DNA of 64,000 nt from Podospora anserina. Lineage: Eukaryota. How positions within the stretch are numbered: position 1 is the stretch's first letter; every line of letters starts with the position of its first letter. Shown here one piece after another: positions 24,130-36,406 of this stretch. The notes under the pieces are model-generated. The model ran no database searches, was not told the origin of the DNA, and was given only the letters and a program-made list of their open reading frames with translations. A program made the position numbers and the translations under genes. Location of the stretch: contig JAFMPO010000001.1 of assembly GCA_017654855.1 (NCBI GenBank), positions 1,054,001-1,118,000 on the forward strand, given 5' to 3'.

Positions 24130-27100
24130 CTATGTTTGAATGGGTGCTGGGGTGTTACGAGACCAATTGTCACGCCCGCGATAGCTGCCACGACTTCCTC
24201 GACTATGCGAGGGATTGGCACCCGTGGAGCTCGAGCCTTGATCAACAGAGGACGATGGTGTATCTCGTCCCTTGCCTCCTTGCCTGTAATGGGGTGCAGT
24301 GGTGTTCCGGCCACCACGCGGACCACCACGGCGGGGGTTGCTGCGGTTCCGCCCGTAGGGAACCACAATCTCCTTCCTCTCGGTTCCGGGAAAGGACACG
24401 CACCATATAGTGCCAGCCCCGGACATGGGCACCGGGAAAGTGATGGAATCAGCACTCGAAGGAACTGCATAGAGTTTCTTCGGGAGAGGTTTAGGCGTGG
24501 GAGACGGCTGCCATGCCGCTTCGGAGACTGTGTTAGGAATCCTCACTGGTGGCAACGATCCCATCTCTTGCTCCTCAAAGCAGTCTTCCGCCATCCCCTT
24601 AGTGGTTACGGATCCATCCTTGCCAGATAGCGGTGAAGAGGGGTGAGAGAAAGGTGAACTAGGCCATGGCTCGGAAGCCATGTGGACTGGTTCATCTCCG
24701 AATCTGAGGCCGGGCGACCTGGGATTGACAGAGTGAGCCTTGCGCCCACCGAGCAGATTGTCAAACCTTGCCTGCCAGGCACTCTCCGGTTTGTTGAATG
24801 ATGGCCGACGATTGCCTGCGTTTGATCCAGCGGGGGGGTGTTCAGACTCCTTGTAAGCAGCTTCTTTGGCCCAAGCGAAACTTGGAACGTGGGATTTGCC
24901 TTGGCCAGCGGCTATGGCGCTTCTCCTGTCGCTAGATGCGGATGGAGGAAGTCGAACAACGGGCTGAGGACGAGGCAGAGACACGTGGGGATGGGCAACA
25001 TCCCCATCGAAGGCAGGGTGACCAGCCATGTCTGGTGGAGGAGGAGACGGTGACTTGGGCCGAGAAACTTCCATGCTACTCTCAAGACGCACGTCACGGG
25101 AAGGGGGGAAGAAACGAGACCCACGAGCATGCTGGGGTGCAGTCGGGACACCGAGGATCGAAGTTGTCGAGATATCCCGAGTATTGATAGTACTCTGGGT
25201 AAGGTGGCCGTACTCGGCCGGGCCATTGCTCGACGCCGACGGTTCTTGCTGAGAGGCTGTGGCCTTCACCTCGGCAGCGGCGCCCCAAGCATGTTCAGAG
25301 CCAATCTTGACCGTCTGCTTCGGGGCAGCTTCTATCCGCCTGCCGTCAGCATCAAGTTTCGTTGGGCGCCAAGTATCCTTGATAGGCGGTTGGTCATTCA
25401 ATCCACGACCAGATTCTTTGAGACGACGCTCCCGCTCTGAGGCGGAATCGCCCAGTATCTTGGCAAACAGTTCATCTTGTAAGCCTATCGTGCTGGCGCT
25501 GTTAGTCCAGGCGGAGGAGGCAGTCTGCCTGGGCTCTGATGCATTTCCTCCATGAGCTTGTTCACTCCGGGGTCCAGGTCTCGGGGGCCCAATCGGCGGC
25601 AAACGAGTTGTGGGAGCCATTGCCCCGCGTACGCTGGTTGGCGGTGCTATAGGACCAGGTCCAGATTTACTCGAAAGCTGATGCGGGAGTTGCGTAGTAC
25701 CCAAATCAGAAACAAATGTACCGTTGCCCAGAGTGCGATTGTTATTCGGAGCGCCCCAAACGTTTTTAGCAGGTCCAGCTTGTGGAGGGCCCCAGGTGGG
25801 AGTCGCTTGATAGCGCTCAACGGGCTTGCCTGTGCTCGGCCAAGGGTGGGCGTGGGTGTGCGGCTGTGCGTCGATGCTGTCCAGAGTTGCCAGGGTTTGC
25901 ACCGGTGATCCATTTGGCAGAGCTTCAGGCTTCCGTTCGGGTTCGGGTGCAGCACCCGGATCGACATCCTCCTTCGGCTTGGGCTCATGAGTCTCTGTGG
26001 GCTTTTGCGTGACAGGCTCACGGAGTTGAGCTGGAGCTGGAGCTGGAGGGTGGTCCTTGGCGGCGGCCATCTTGGCGCTCTTAGATTCAGGGGCAGGACC
26101 CATCGCTTCCAGCTTTGCGCGAATGCGCTCTTTTCTTTCGGCCTCCTCTCTCGCTTCTTGTTCTTGACGACGCTTCAGGGCAAGCTCGCGCCTTTCCCTC
26201 ATCAATTTCTTCTGCAATTCGATATCCTGCTCAGTAACACCAACAAGGCTTGCCGCGGGAACAAGTGGGGATTGTTGGATGGTTGCGGGGGCAGCATCCT
26301 GTACACTGGCCACGGATGGTGCCTGATGATATGGAATGGCATGTGTCATCGCAGGAGAAGCTCGGGGAGCCCAGCCTTGGGGATGACGAGGACCGCCGGA
26401 CGGTGAAAAGTTGCGTGGCGAAGCTGGGCCATCACTGCCGACTGTCATAGACCCACGTCTTGCGTTGATGAGCTCTGGGGGTGGCATCGGATGCTCGAGA
26501 GTCTTAAGCCGGTGCAGGGCTCCGCTACCGCCACTAACATTGGACGATCCACGGCGTCGGCCATAAGGCCCAGGCTGTTCAATATCCCTGGCTCCCGGGT
26601 ATGGACCAGAAGGTTCAAAAGGCCCTTGCTGGTCATAATGCGCAGGCCGGTGCAAGACCGCTGGTTGTCGACCTGGTGGCACATCAGAGCGTACCGTACC
26701 CCGGCGATCAGAAACGGGTTCATAGCGGCCAGACTGCGAGTTGTACAATTCTCTGTTGCTGTGCGGTGGACCATCGCGCCATGGGGCCCTACTAAAATCA
26801 TCGGCAGCGATCTCCTTGGGCGCCAGGCGAGCGTCGCCAGAAAGGGCGGGATCACGTGGAGGGAATCTGGAAACTGGCGGGCCAGACACATCTGGTGCTG
26901 CTATCGGCGAGACCTTGTCGACCTTTGGTATTGTAGCCCATGGCGACTTTATCGCGGCGGGCGGAGGAGGTGGCTTCGCTACAAGCGTTGGTTTCTCGGG
27001 AGCACCCTTCAACACCAGACCTTTGCCACCACCAAGTACATGGGTCTTAGGTGCGGGACCAGGACCGGGAGCAGTAGCCGGTGGGGCAACAAGGGCCGAG

Positions 27101-28120
27101 GCTTTCGTTTTGGCTGAACTCTCACTTTCTCGTGATGCTTGCCGGACAGCCAACTCGCCCGTTGATGCTGTTTGCGCTGCCTGGGGCGCGGAAGCAGAAG
27201 CTGGCATTGCATGATGGTCATCGACATGTGGGATGGTAGTTTTCGTTCCGTCAGCCCAAACGATGGCCTCGGGGGTCCAATCCTCGTCGTCATCTTCTAT
27301 ATCTGCCCAGTTATTCTCCCCTTTGATGTCCTCGGGCCCAAGGCGGCTCGCCATATGGATGCCATACTTCTTAAGTTCTTCATCCGTATATTTCTTGGGC
27401 TCCGGTGGGGGTGCGGCTAGTGAAGATGTATTAGCAAACTACTCACAACAGCAACAACTGCCATGTAATTCCATGATGCTTGCTCACGTCGATTCTTGTT
27501 CCAGACTGCGTTTGCGTCTGGAGCCGATCCCGACTTCCCTCCGTTTGCGCCAGAGGACTTTGCAACCAAGCCACTTCCGGTCTTGGCAACCAATCGGGGT
27601 CGAGATGAACTCAAAGTGCTGGATGGGGTCGGGGAGGAGCTGAGGGTGACGGTAGGTTTCTCCAGCGGCTTGGTCTGAGCAGGAGGCGCCGTGCCCTTTT
27701 GGTGGAGGAAGGTCTTATTGACACTGATGGCCTTGAATGGCGCTGGCTTCTTGATGGTCGACGAAGGTCTAGGATGACCGGCGCCGTCCTCCTTGCCCTT
27801 GGAGCCATCTTTAGACGCCTCGTTGTCGGACCCTCCACTAACACTGACTTCGGCCGAGTTCACAAGATCATCGATAATGTCGGATATATGCTTGTTTGCA
27901 AGGTCGTCGGTCGAGGCGCCATTTATGTGCGTTCGGTTGACGTCGACATTTTCCGGGTTAGTATCGACCTTGGTGGACTGTACACATGCGCAAACAAACA
28001 GTCAGCAAAGGCGGGGTGCGCCTGAGAAGAAGGGGGGAAGCTCTCGAGACTCACGGGTTGGGCGTCAGAAGTTATGGTAGCTTCATCGGATCGTTGTTTT
28101 GGTGACTCAGTGGCCATCAT
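24130..28120 (-). CDS. Large low-complexity protein, PRRC2/BAT2/MOS1-like
   Basis: Introns 27978-28054 and ~27417-27486, plus a 5' UTR intron at 28233-28426. Motifs AVWNKNRP and WADIEDDDEDW, a coiled coil (ELALKRRQEQEAREEAERKERIRAKLEAM) and a C-terminal RG/RGG stretch. Confidence is for the CDS; the family call is inference. Confidence 0.75.
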
Positions 28121-29387
28121 CCGCGTGGAATACTCGTGGATTCGAATCGTGGATGGGAATAGTCCGATCGCAGTTCGGCGCAGAACAGATTAGGCCGTGG
28201 TAGCGTAGAGATAGACGATGCTGTAATGTTTTCTGTAGGAAAAAAAAGGTGGGTTCCGGTCAGCTCCAGGAAGCAACGGGAGTGGTTTGCTCGAGAGTGC
28301 AGCGCGGAGCAGATCGAAGGCTGGGCCTCGCGCAACGGAGGGACTGAGCCAGGTCGACTCGCAACTTTTGTTCGCCGTGTGCAACCCACTTGGCCCGGCC
28401 GGTCTAGTTGGGAGCGAGATACGTACCTCTTGACCCTGAAGATGCTGGGGATAATTGAGAACGGTGATACCTCGCGGTCGCGGGTCAATATTTGGGTCGT
28501 CGTGGGGGAGTGAGGTAAGGGTCGTTGGAGAAAGAGAGGGCAGGAAGCGTCCTGTGAGGCGATGCGGCTGGTGGTGGTCGGAGGTCTTTTTGCCCACTTG
28601 CAGCACTGACGACTCGGTCGGTTGGCAACCAGAGGTCAGAGCTGCCGGGGTCATCGCTTCAGGCTTAGCGCTGGGTGGTGGTCTGTGCTTTGTTGAAGAT
28701 CTACTCTCTGCCCCTCCACAGACAACCAGTCCCGAGCCAGCGACTATATGAAGGGAAAATCTCTATATGTTTGAGTTCAGGATCTGGCAAAGTTTGTATA
28801 GATTGTTCATTGCCAGTCCTAGTCGAATAAATGTACAGTATCTCTGCACCAAGGGCCTCTAGCAATCATGCTTCGACTGAGAGGCATCGCGCTTCCTAGG
28901 CTGAACCATGGTCTTGACTTTTTGTGTGTCATGCCTGATATATTCCGCAATGCCCATCATCAGAGAAACAGAAAGATCACGTAGAGCTCACATGCCAAAC
29001 TTGCTCATGAAAAATTAGAGAACTACATCACTAGGACTGAAGATATTCGGCCTCTTGATTGTACAGGTGGTGTTTCGCGCATCCTCCCAATTGCTTGCTA
29101 GCGAGCGGACTGGACTTTATGTAGAACAGCAAGTTCGCGCAAGGGCTCTGAGCCTAGCTGGGAATATCCGACCCTCATCTCCACATTGAAATCGGGTTAC
29201 AGTGACCGTAGGCTGCACCATTGGCCACTTGGTAGAGCGCCATCCCAGGCAGCTAGCAGAGACATAAAAGAAACAACTCTGTTGCTAAGTGTCTCGTAGG
29301 CACTTCACTCTATTCGGTAACAGGTTATATACACGCCCGAGTCAACTCCAAGCGGAATGTCATCTTCCACAACACCGGCTGAGTAGC

Positions 29388-30099
29388 TTAGTGGGCGTTG
29401 TTCTTGTGGTGACCTATTATTTGTTAGAGAGCAAGCCTCAACTCCCGAGCTCTTTGCATTCAAGACTCACGAAGGTGGAAGTAGTAGTTCTGGGCGTAAC
29501 CAGTGATCAGGACCAGGAGAATGGCGTGGACGATGGCTATGACATGATCAGCATTTGATACTCCCTCTTGTCGTGTCTCCGACAGATACAGGGATACCTA
29601 CGCGCAGCACTGGGGTTCTTGCCAAAGTACTTGGCCTGGTATCTTCCGAGGAGACCGGTGGGCTTGACCTCAGGGGCGGAGCCACGGGGAAGTTTGGAGT
29701 AGAAGTTGACGACACGCTGCATGCGGACGGCATCGGGGTTGGCACCAATGGCCTAGTTTCCTCCGTTAGCTAATGACCCCTTTCAAATTGTTGACCTGTC
29801 CGAATTCTCCATTTCCAAGCGTATTCTGTCCAACAATATCCCGTCGTCCATGTCGTCGTCCCTCATTCCACTTCAGAGTCCTCCCCTCCCCTCCCCACCA
29901 CCAACTTTCCAGATCCCATTTGGCTTTCCAGTGTCGATTCGCAATGTCGGAGTGAATCAAAATAGACGTACCTTGGGGGAAGCGACCTGGAAATGTGAGT
30001 TAGCAAGGTTCCCTACCTGGCTGCAGTCCTCCCTATGCATCCGGATCTTACCTTGGGGGGGATGAGGGTCGAAAGCGCCCGGCGAGTGACAAAGCTCAT
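29388..30099 (-). CDS. ATP17: Mitochondrial ATP synthase subunit f
   Basis: Five exons give [75 protein letters not shown]. Confidence 0.93.
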
Positions 30100-30261
30100 T
30101 TTGGCAGAGGGGTAATCGCGGCTTTCGCGCGATTTCGGATTCGATACAAGAAGGAGTCGGCTCGGGTCGAATGGAGCGAAGTGTCGTCGTCGTCGGCAAC
30201 GATTGACGGAATTGAGCTGTTAAGGTCCAACTGGGAAGGGCTGCGGGAAAACGCAAGGTCC

Positions 30262-30332
30262 CCAATCATCCGGCTAGCAAGAATGTTGTTGCGCAAAACG
30301 GTTGTTTCCGGTTGGCCAATCAGAGCACCAAT
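30262..30332. promoter_or_regulatory. Three CCAAT boxes in the bidirectional ATP17/NDUFS4 promoter
   Basis: CCAAT at 30262, 30316 and 30328 in the 423-nt gap between two divergent respiratory genes. Confidence 0.55.
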
Positions 30333-30522
30333 AGTGGGGTCAAAAGCCGCACCTCGACGCAAGCACCAGCCAGCCAGGTCCCAGTCAAGCCAGCAGCTCC
30401 GACGACCTGTAAGTTCGCCCCCCATCGATTGAAGCTTTGCGCTGGAAGCTTGCGGTGCGAGCTTCACTTGTCCCTCACCTCGACGACGACCACAGCCATC
30501 CTCGTCAGTACACCAACATATA

Positions 30523-31316
30523 ATGGCCTCATTACGCCCTTCCACGGCCGCCGCCGCCGCCAGACTGCTGCGCACAGCAACGTTCTCCCCCCGATCGAGC
30601 ATCCTCCCCGCCTCCCGCCGTTTCGAGAGCTCTACCCCCTCGTCCTCTTCGACCGCCGTGGCTCCCAAGCAAGCCAAGGCAGAGGACCTGGCCCCTGTTC
30701 AGCGGAATGCGCCCGACTATGACGTTCCTGTTGATCAGGCCACTTCGTACGACCCCTCCACAACTATTTTGATATGGATCTCTACAACCATGCACAACTT
30801 GATATCTGATATTGGGTGATATAGGATGTTCACCCCAGTACCCAAGACCATTCAGGATGGTTCCGAAGAAAACCTCACTCTCCCTGCCGGCCTAATCTCT
30901 GGCGCCCCCCTAGAGCTGCAAGCCCGTACAGTCCGGTTTGTTTGCCCTTTGTCCTGTGGTCTACGCCTCTATGGAAGATGCATTTGTCTAACTTTGTCTT
31001 CCAAAGTATCTACCAACCCTCCAAACCAGCCACCCAATCCGGCACCGCCAAGGGCTCCCGCTGGCGCATGGACTGGGACGTCCTCGGCAAGGGCCACAGA
31101 TGGGAGAACCCCCTCATGGGTTGGCAGTCCTCTGCCGATTCAATGCAGGGCACCCACCTAACCTTCAAGTCCAAGGAGGATGCTATTGCCTTTGCCGAGA
31201 AACAGGGATACGAGTACTTTGTCCAGGAGCCAAACACCCGTGCCTTCACACCCAAGGCGTACGCCAACAACTTTACCTACTCGCCCGGTAAGTTGAAGAT
31301 CGTCAGGACCAAATAA
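30523..31316 (+). CDS. nuo-21: Complex I 21-kDa subunit (NDUFS4)
   Basis: R/S/A-rich presequence; [52 protein letters not shown]. Two introns (~30746-30824, ~30936-31006). Confidence 0.93.
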
Positions 31317-32196
31317 AAGGGGGGAAGAGCGAGGCTGGGCGTCAATGTACATATCACGGAACAAGAAAGGGGTTACGGTGTGACCATGCATGTTGAAGCG
31401 GCGAATGTGTGTTGTTGTAGTTATAGAATGGTCAACTGAAAAGAACTGGAGTATTTTTGACGCGCAACTGCTCCGTTCAGCTGGTGCAAGATGGGGCTTG
31501 CAACTTTGACACGGTAACGCAAGACTTTGCCCATGATACAGAACAGAGAAATGTTGGCAGTCATTTCAGCATATAGCCTTTCTCGGTAGGTGAACGCTGA
31601 CTGGCTCAAGCTCGATGCGGTCAACACACCGGAGCTACATTCTGGACCCTTTGGTTCAGGAGCTTGAGAAGCTATCAGTTGTCCGGAGGTGTGAATGGCA
31701 AACCCCCTGAATGTGTGAAACCATACATGTGAACAAAACATGCTTGACCTGAGTAAAGTATCGTAAGCTGGCCAGATGGTGTGATTACAAAGAGGATTGA
31801 TGAGCAAAACCAAGGACATGGCATTAGTGAGACTCTGAGGAGTCTATCCCAAGACAGACTTATGGATTTCGCAGCCTCGAATCAGAAAGATCAGAGATCA
31901 CAAAACACTTCAACGATAAATTTCGATGCAAGAAAGATTCTCAGTATTATACGCTTTAACATACCACCGCCCACATGACGGTCTGCTAAAATAGTGTTGG
32001 TATAATAACCAGCTGAGCTCAAGTCCTGTGTTGCCCGATTGTCTCGTTGCCGAGTGCCCGTGTTGCCCAATGACGCCATCAAAATGCCTGCAAACCCGCG
32101 GAAGAAACAGTTCCCTTACTCATAAAATACCAACGCTGCCAATGCCCAAAACAAATAAAGAGGATATCATGTCATCTTCCACCCCGTGGTTCATCT

Positions 32197-33378
32197 TCAA
32201 GTCGTAATCATTGGTTCATGTCCATTCGTCTCGGTGAGTCCTTGAAACTCAACTGCGTTCTCCCCATTCAGCCCAATGTCGATGTCAGGCGGCAGGTCCT
32301 TGATCTTGGACGATCTGGCCGATGATTCAGCCCAGGCACGCATGCGCACCAGAGCCCGGATAGCGGCCTCTCTGCGCTGGTCTTGCCGGACCAAGACCGC
32401 CTCGTTGACCTTGGTAGCGGTCTTTCTGCGTAGGTCTGATGATAGCAGGTCCTTCAGTTCGGGACTGAGGTTCGAGTCGTGATCAAAGAACAGCAGAGAC
32501 ATGGCTCTTTCGAGATCAACTCGAAACTGTTCATTTATCGACGCCCTGGGAGCCACCTGTTGCGTGGCAAAATCCAAAGCGGGGGTGATATCACCGCCGT
32601 AGCATTGCCTGATGAGCTCCACAAGCTGGAGACGCAATAATGAAAAGTGAAGCTCGGGGTTTTTGTCCAGTATCTGATATGCACGTTAGAGAGACTCAAA
32701 ACAGGCAATTTCAATACAATCAAATGTGTGTAGGTTGCGCTCATAAAGTGGTGGGTGTTTCTCAGCAAAGAGCCCGAAGGCCTATTATGCGTGGTGCATG
32801 AAACTCTGTGTCAAATCATAGCAACGGGGTGTGAACAAGATCGAAAGACTTACATCAGAATCGAGGGCATTCAGGGCCGTGATGGCCGTCTCGATATCCC
32901 CGCTGTGAATGGCATGTTGGATCTCTTGTCTCGTCTTGATGGAGGGGTCCGCTTGCTGTGGCGCCAGGTTTGCCTCTTTGGAGAAGTTGGCAGCGGCGCC
33001 TGGGTACCCCTCCATCGTCAAGTAGTCCAAGATCAAAGCGTTGATGTCACTAGGCCTTCTGTCAGCACGGAACCGAGTCATGTTGAGAGCAGTGAAGCGA
33101 CAAGGAATCGAGGTTAAGAAAGAGGCAGTTCAGAGATTACGAGATAAATGCAGAGTTTCTCCTCATGGATAATCAGAGAGATTCCCATTGATATGCGATC
33201 ATCATATTGCCAGGGCAAAGGAAGCGGAGGGAAGGTGACTAACTTTTTGGGCGTCTTGGTGTGGCCTACGCGCGCCTCGAATGCATATTTAGGAGTAGCA
33301 GTCGCCGTGGATGAAGTCTTGGTTGAGCAAGTCAGCGTGTGAACTTGCGTAGCAAGGTTGTCAAGAGGCACATACCAT
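32197..33378 (-). CDS. GID8: LisH/CTLH/CRA protein, Gid8-like
   Basis: ATG-only first coding exon. LisH DINALILDYLTMEGY..AAANFSKEA, CTLH RQEIQHAIHSGDIETAI, ELHFSLLRLQLVELIR, and CRA LERAMSLL..LRRKTATKVNEAVL. Three introns. Confidence 0.85.
32734..32825 (-). ncRNA. Intronic box C/D snoRNA, snR40/U32-like (18S Gm1271-equivalent guide), non-canonical boxes
   Basis: Terminal stem GTTGC/GCAAC, box C ATGATTT, guide CATGCACCAC (antisense to 18S GUGGUGCAUG), D' CATA, GGCC-UUCG-GGCU hairpin, C' TGCTGA, box D ATGA. Sits in an oversized intron. Confidence 0.7.
33124..33211 (-). ncRNA. Intronic box C/D snoRNA, SNORD79/U79-like (LSU rRNA guide)
   Basis: Terminal stem GGCA/TGCC, box C ATGATGA, guide ATGGGAATCTCT followed by D' CTGA (antisense to LSU GAGAUUCCCA), C' ATGAGGA, box D CTGA. 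Confidence 0.88.
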
Positions 33379-34119
33379 GGGGGCAGCCTGCGATTGACGC
33401 TGCGCTGCCTGTCGAAACTGGGCGAAGATGTGTTCTCTGAACGCAAAATCGGGATCGAGGTGCCCCTGCTGCTGAAAGGCCTGCCAGTTGGACATGTGCA
33501 AACTGGCTCGCTGTGCTTCACATCTGCCGTTGGGTGCACCTGAAGTCAGGTTGCACTGCGGTGTTTTTGGCGGTTTGACCAGAGAAAATTGTTGGGAATG
33601 GAGGAGGTGGAAGTTGCAAGAGAGCTCAAGTTGAAGGTGAAAACCTGGAGGCAGAGGTGTCCGAGCTCCCAGTGGAGTCGTTTACGGGTCTCTCTGTGGG
33701 GGCTCTTTCGGTCAGGGTCAAAGAGAAGCCGGGCAACAGTGGCACCGTGCGAATTTCCCATGCTGTAACACCGTGCTCGGTGGGTAGAAGAGAGCAGCAC
33801 TGATGGCCACAGATAACCCTCAGGACCTTCCCAACCTGATGCTTGGCGAGGGGCAATAGGGCACCTGAGGCACCCATGGCTCCAAACAAAGCAGGGCACT
33901 CCCTCTGCCTTCACCAGCCAGAATGGACCAAAAAGCGGCCTCTACCTGGTAGGTTAAGTTTTTCGTGGATTTGCGCCTATAGTTTGGCCAGCAAAGCAGG
34001 GCAAAAGGTAAGCTTCAAGCCTCACACCCACGAGGCACAAATGCAAATGAGATTCCCGTAACAACCTGTTCCTCCCTCACGACACTTACCCCTCACAACC
34101 ACCACCGCTCTGGTCCAAG

Positions 34120-36074
34120 ATGCCTTCCACCATCCCCGTCGCCCCCGGCACGCCGCAGCTGGAAGATCTTGTCATGAACCTGAAGACCAACGGCACTGCT
34201 GGTACCTCGTCAGTCGACGGCACTATCGCAAAGAGGGCGCACTATGCTCCACCATGGGCCGATGTCAGCATCATCGGTATCGCCGGCAGCTCGGGTTCTG
34301 GAAAGTCGACTCTCTCGCAGGCCATCGTTAGCAAATTGAACCTGCCGTGGGTTGTCATCTTGTCCATTGTAAGTCTCGGGCCTAAGAAAGTACAGGCTAG
34401 AAACAAAATAAAAACTCATGCTTTGTTCATATCCGCTAGGACTCTTTCTACAAGTCCCTCGATGAAGAAGCGTCGAGAAAAGCGTTCCGCTGTGAATACG
34501 ACTTTGATGCGCCAGATGTAAGAAGACAACCTCCAACAAATCATTCTCGTGAATGGGATCCAGGATTGGCAGACTTACCAGGATCGTTTCCACCCCAGGC
34601 CTTGGACTTTGACGTTTTGGTAGACCGGCTGCGAGACCTGAAAGCGGGGTGAGTCCTTCTCTTCTCACGTTGGCCGTAGGCATGAACTGTAAAAGAGCCC
34701 ATCTGATAATCAGATGTTGTTAGCAAACGCGCGGATATTCCAGTCTACTCTTTTGAGAAGCACGCTCGCATGGAACAAACCACATCGATCTACTCACCTC
34801 ATGTCTTGATTCTTGAAGGAATCTTCGCCCTTCATGACCCAAGAGTCCTTGAGCTCTTGGACATGAAGGTAATTTCCGTCTTACAATCTTCAGAGTTACA
34901 TCTCGAGTACTAACATGGGAGAAGATCTTTTGTGAAGCAGACGCAGACACCTGCCTGTCCCGAAGAAGTAGGTTCCCTTGAAGTGAATCGGCTCGTTATG
35001 GAAGAGTTCAAGAATCTAACGAGCTACAGTTCTCCGAGATCAGCGGGAGAGAGGCCGTGATGTTGAAGGTATCATCAAGCAGTGGTTCTCCTTTGTAAAG
35101 CCCAATTTCGAACGGGTAAGCATCATGCTCCGCTCACCTTGGGATTCTTGCTAACTTGAGATCAGTATGTCGATCCTCAGCGCAAAGTGGCCGATATTAT
35201 CGTCCCCCGCGGTGTTGAAAATCAGGTTGCCATGAGTACGTCCAACTTCATTCAGCCCTGGTATAACCATGCATCCCTTGAAGCTAACTGTCATAGCCAT
35301 GGTTACCCAATTCATCCAGCAAAAGCTTCTCGAAAAGTCAACTCATCATCGTGCGGCACTCACCCGCCTCGAGATCGGTGCTCTTTCAGAGCCCCTAACC
35401 TCCAAAGTTCACATCATGAATCAAACGTCTCAGATGCGTGGCATGAACACCATCATACACAACATCGACACCTCGTCAGAGGACTTCATCTTCTATTTCG
35501 ACCGCCTTGCTGCCCTGCTAGTTGAGCAGTAAGTTGCCCCCTTTTCTTGTAGGCTACCGCGTTCCAGCCAGAGTCTCACGCCTACTACAGGGCCTTAAAC
35601 AACGTCTTCTTTACATCCAAAACCATCACCACGCCTCAAAACCTCCCATATCGCGGCCTCGCCCCGGCAGGCGAGGTATCCGCCGTCGTTGTTCTTAGGG
35701 GCGGCGCGGCTCTTGAGGCTGGTCTGCATCGCGTAATCCCAGACTGCAAGACTGGTCGCGTGCTGATTCAGTCCAACATCCGCACTGGAGAGCCCGAGTT
35801 GCATTACCAGGTCCTCCCCAAGGACATCGCTGAACACTCGGCCGTTCTACTGCTCGACGCTCAGATGAGCTCTGGTGGTTCGGCGCTCATGGCCGTGCAA
35901 GTTCTTGTTGACCACGGTGTCAAGGAAGAGAGAATTGTGTTGGTCACTTACAGTGCAGGCCGGATGGGTTTGCACAGGCTCACCAAAGTATTTCCCGACA
36001 TTTCTGTGGTGGTGGGTAATTTGTGCACTGATGCCGAGGAGCGCTGGGTTGAAAGGCGGTATTTCCGTTGCTGA
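34120..36074 (+). CDS. URK1: Uridine kinase with C-terminal UPRT-like domain
   Basis: PPW..IIGIAGSSGSGKST P-loop, DSFYKSL, LEGIFALHD, ADIIVPRG, DFIFYFDRL, LIQSNIRTGEPELHY. About 8 introns. Confidence 0.93.
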
Positions 36075-36406
36075 AGTGTTTGCATCTAAATGTACATGGA
36101 GTCGGTAGCATGGCGCCGGGGCAGGTCTGTCCCATGTTTATATATGCATTGAACACAGCTTTATCATACCCTGAACTATGAGCTAAAGGCTTCATCCACT
36201 GCGTGTTTTCATGGAAACGTTCTGGAATTCACTCCTTGGCCTTCTGTGGCCTGAGCTGTAACAAAACGATAGAGACCCCTCTGTTTGAACGCCACGCTAG
36301 GCTTGCTTGCATGGTCTATGATACAAAATGGCTTCACTCATAAGGTATATTCAGCAAAAAGCCCCCTCCCTAACTCAAGAGGACAAAAGTGTCCAGAGCA
36401 GGAAGC

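Noticed and set aside
31600-31695. CTCAAGCTC/GAGCTTGAG stem between convergent nuo-21 and GID8
   Set aside because: No snoRNA boxes or tRNA features; an isolated stem is weak evidence.
32734-32825. Possibility that the non-canonical snoRNA is an snR4-type acetylation guide for 18S helix 34
   Set aside because: It lacks a 5' element complementary to the rRNA downstream of the acetylated C, and D+5 spacing fits 2'-O-methylation.
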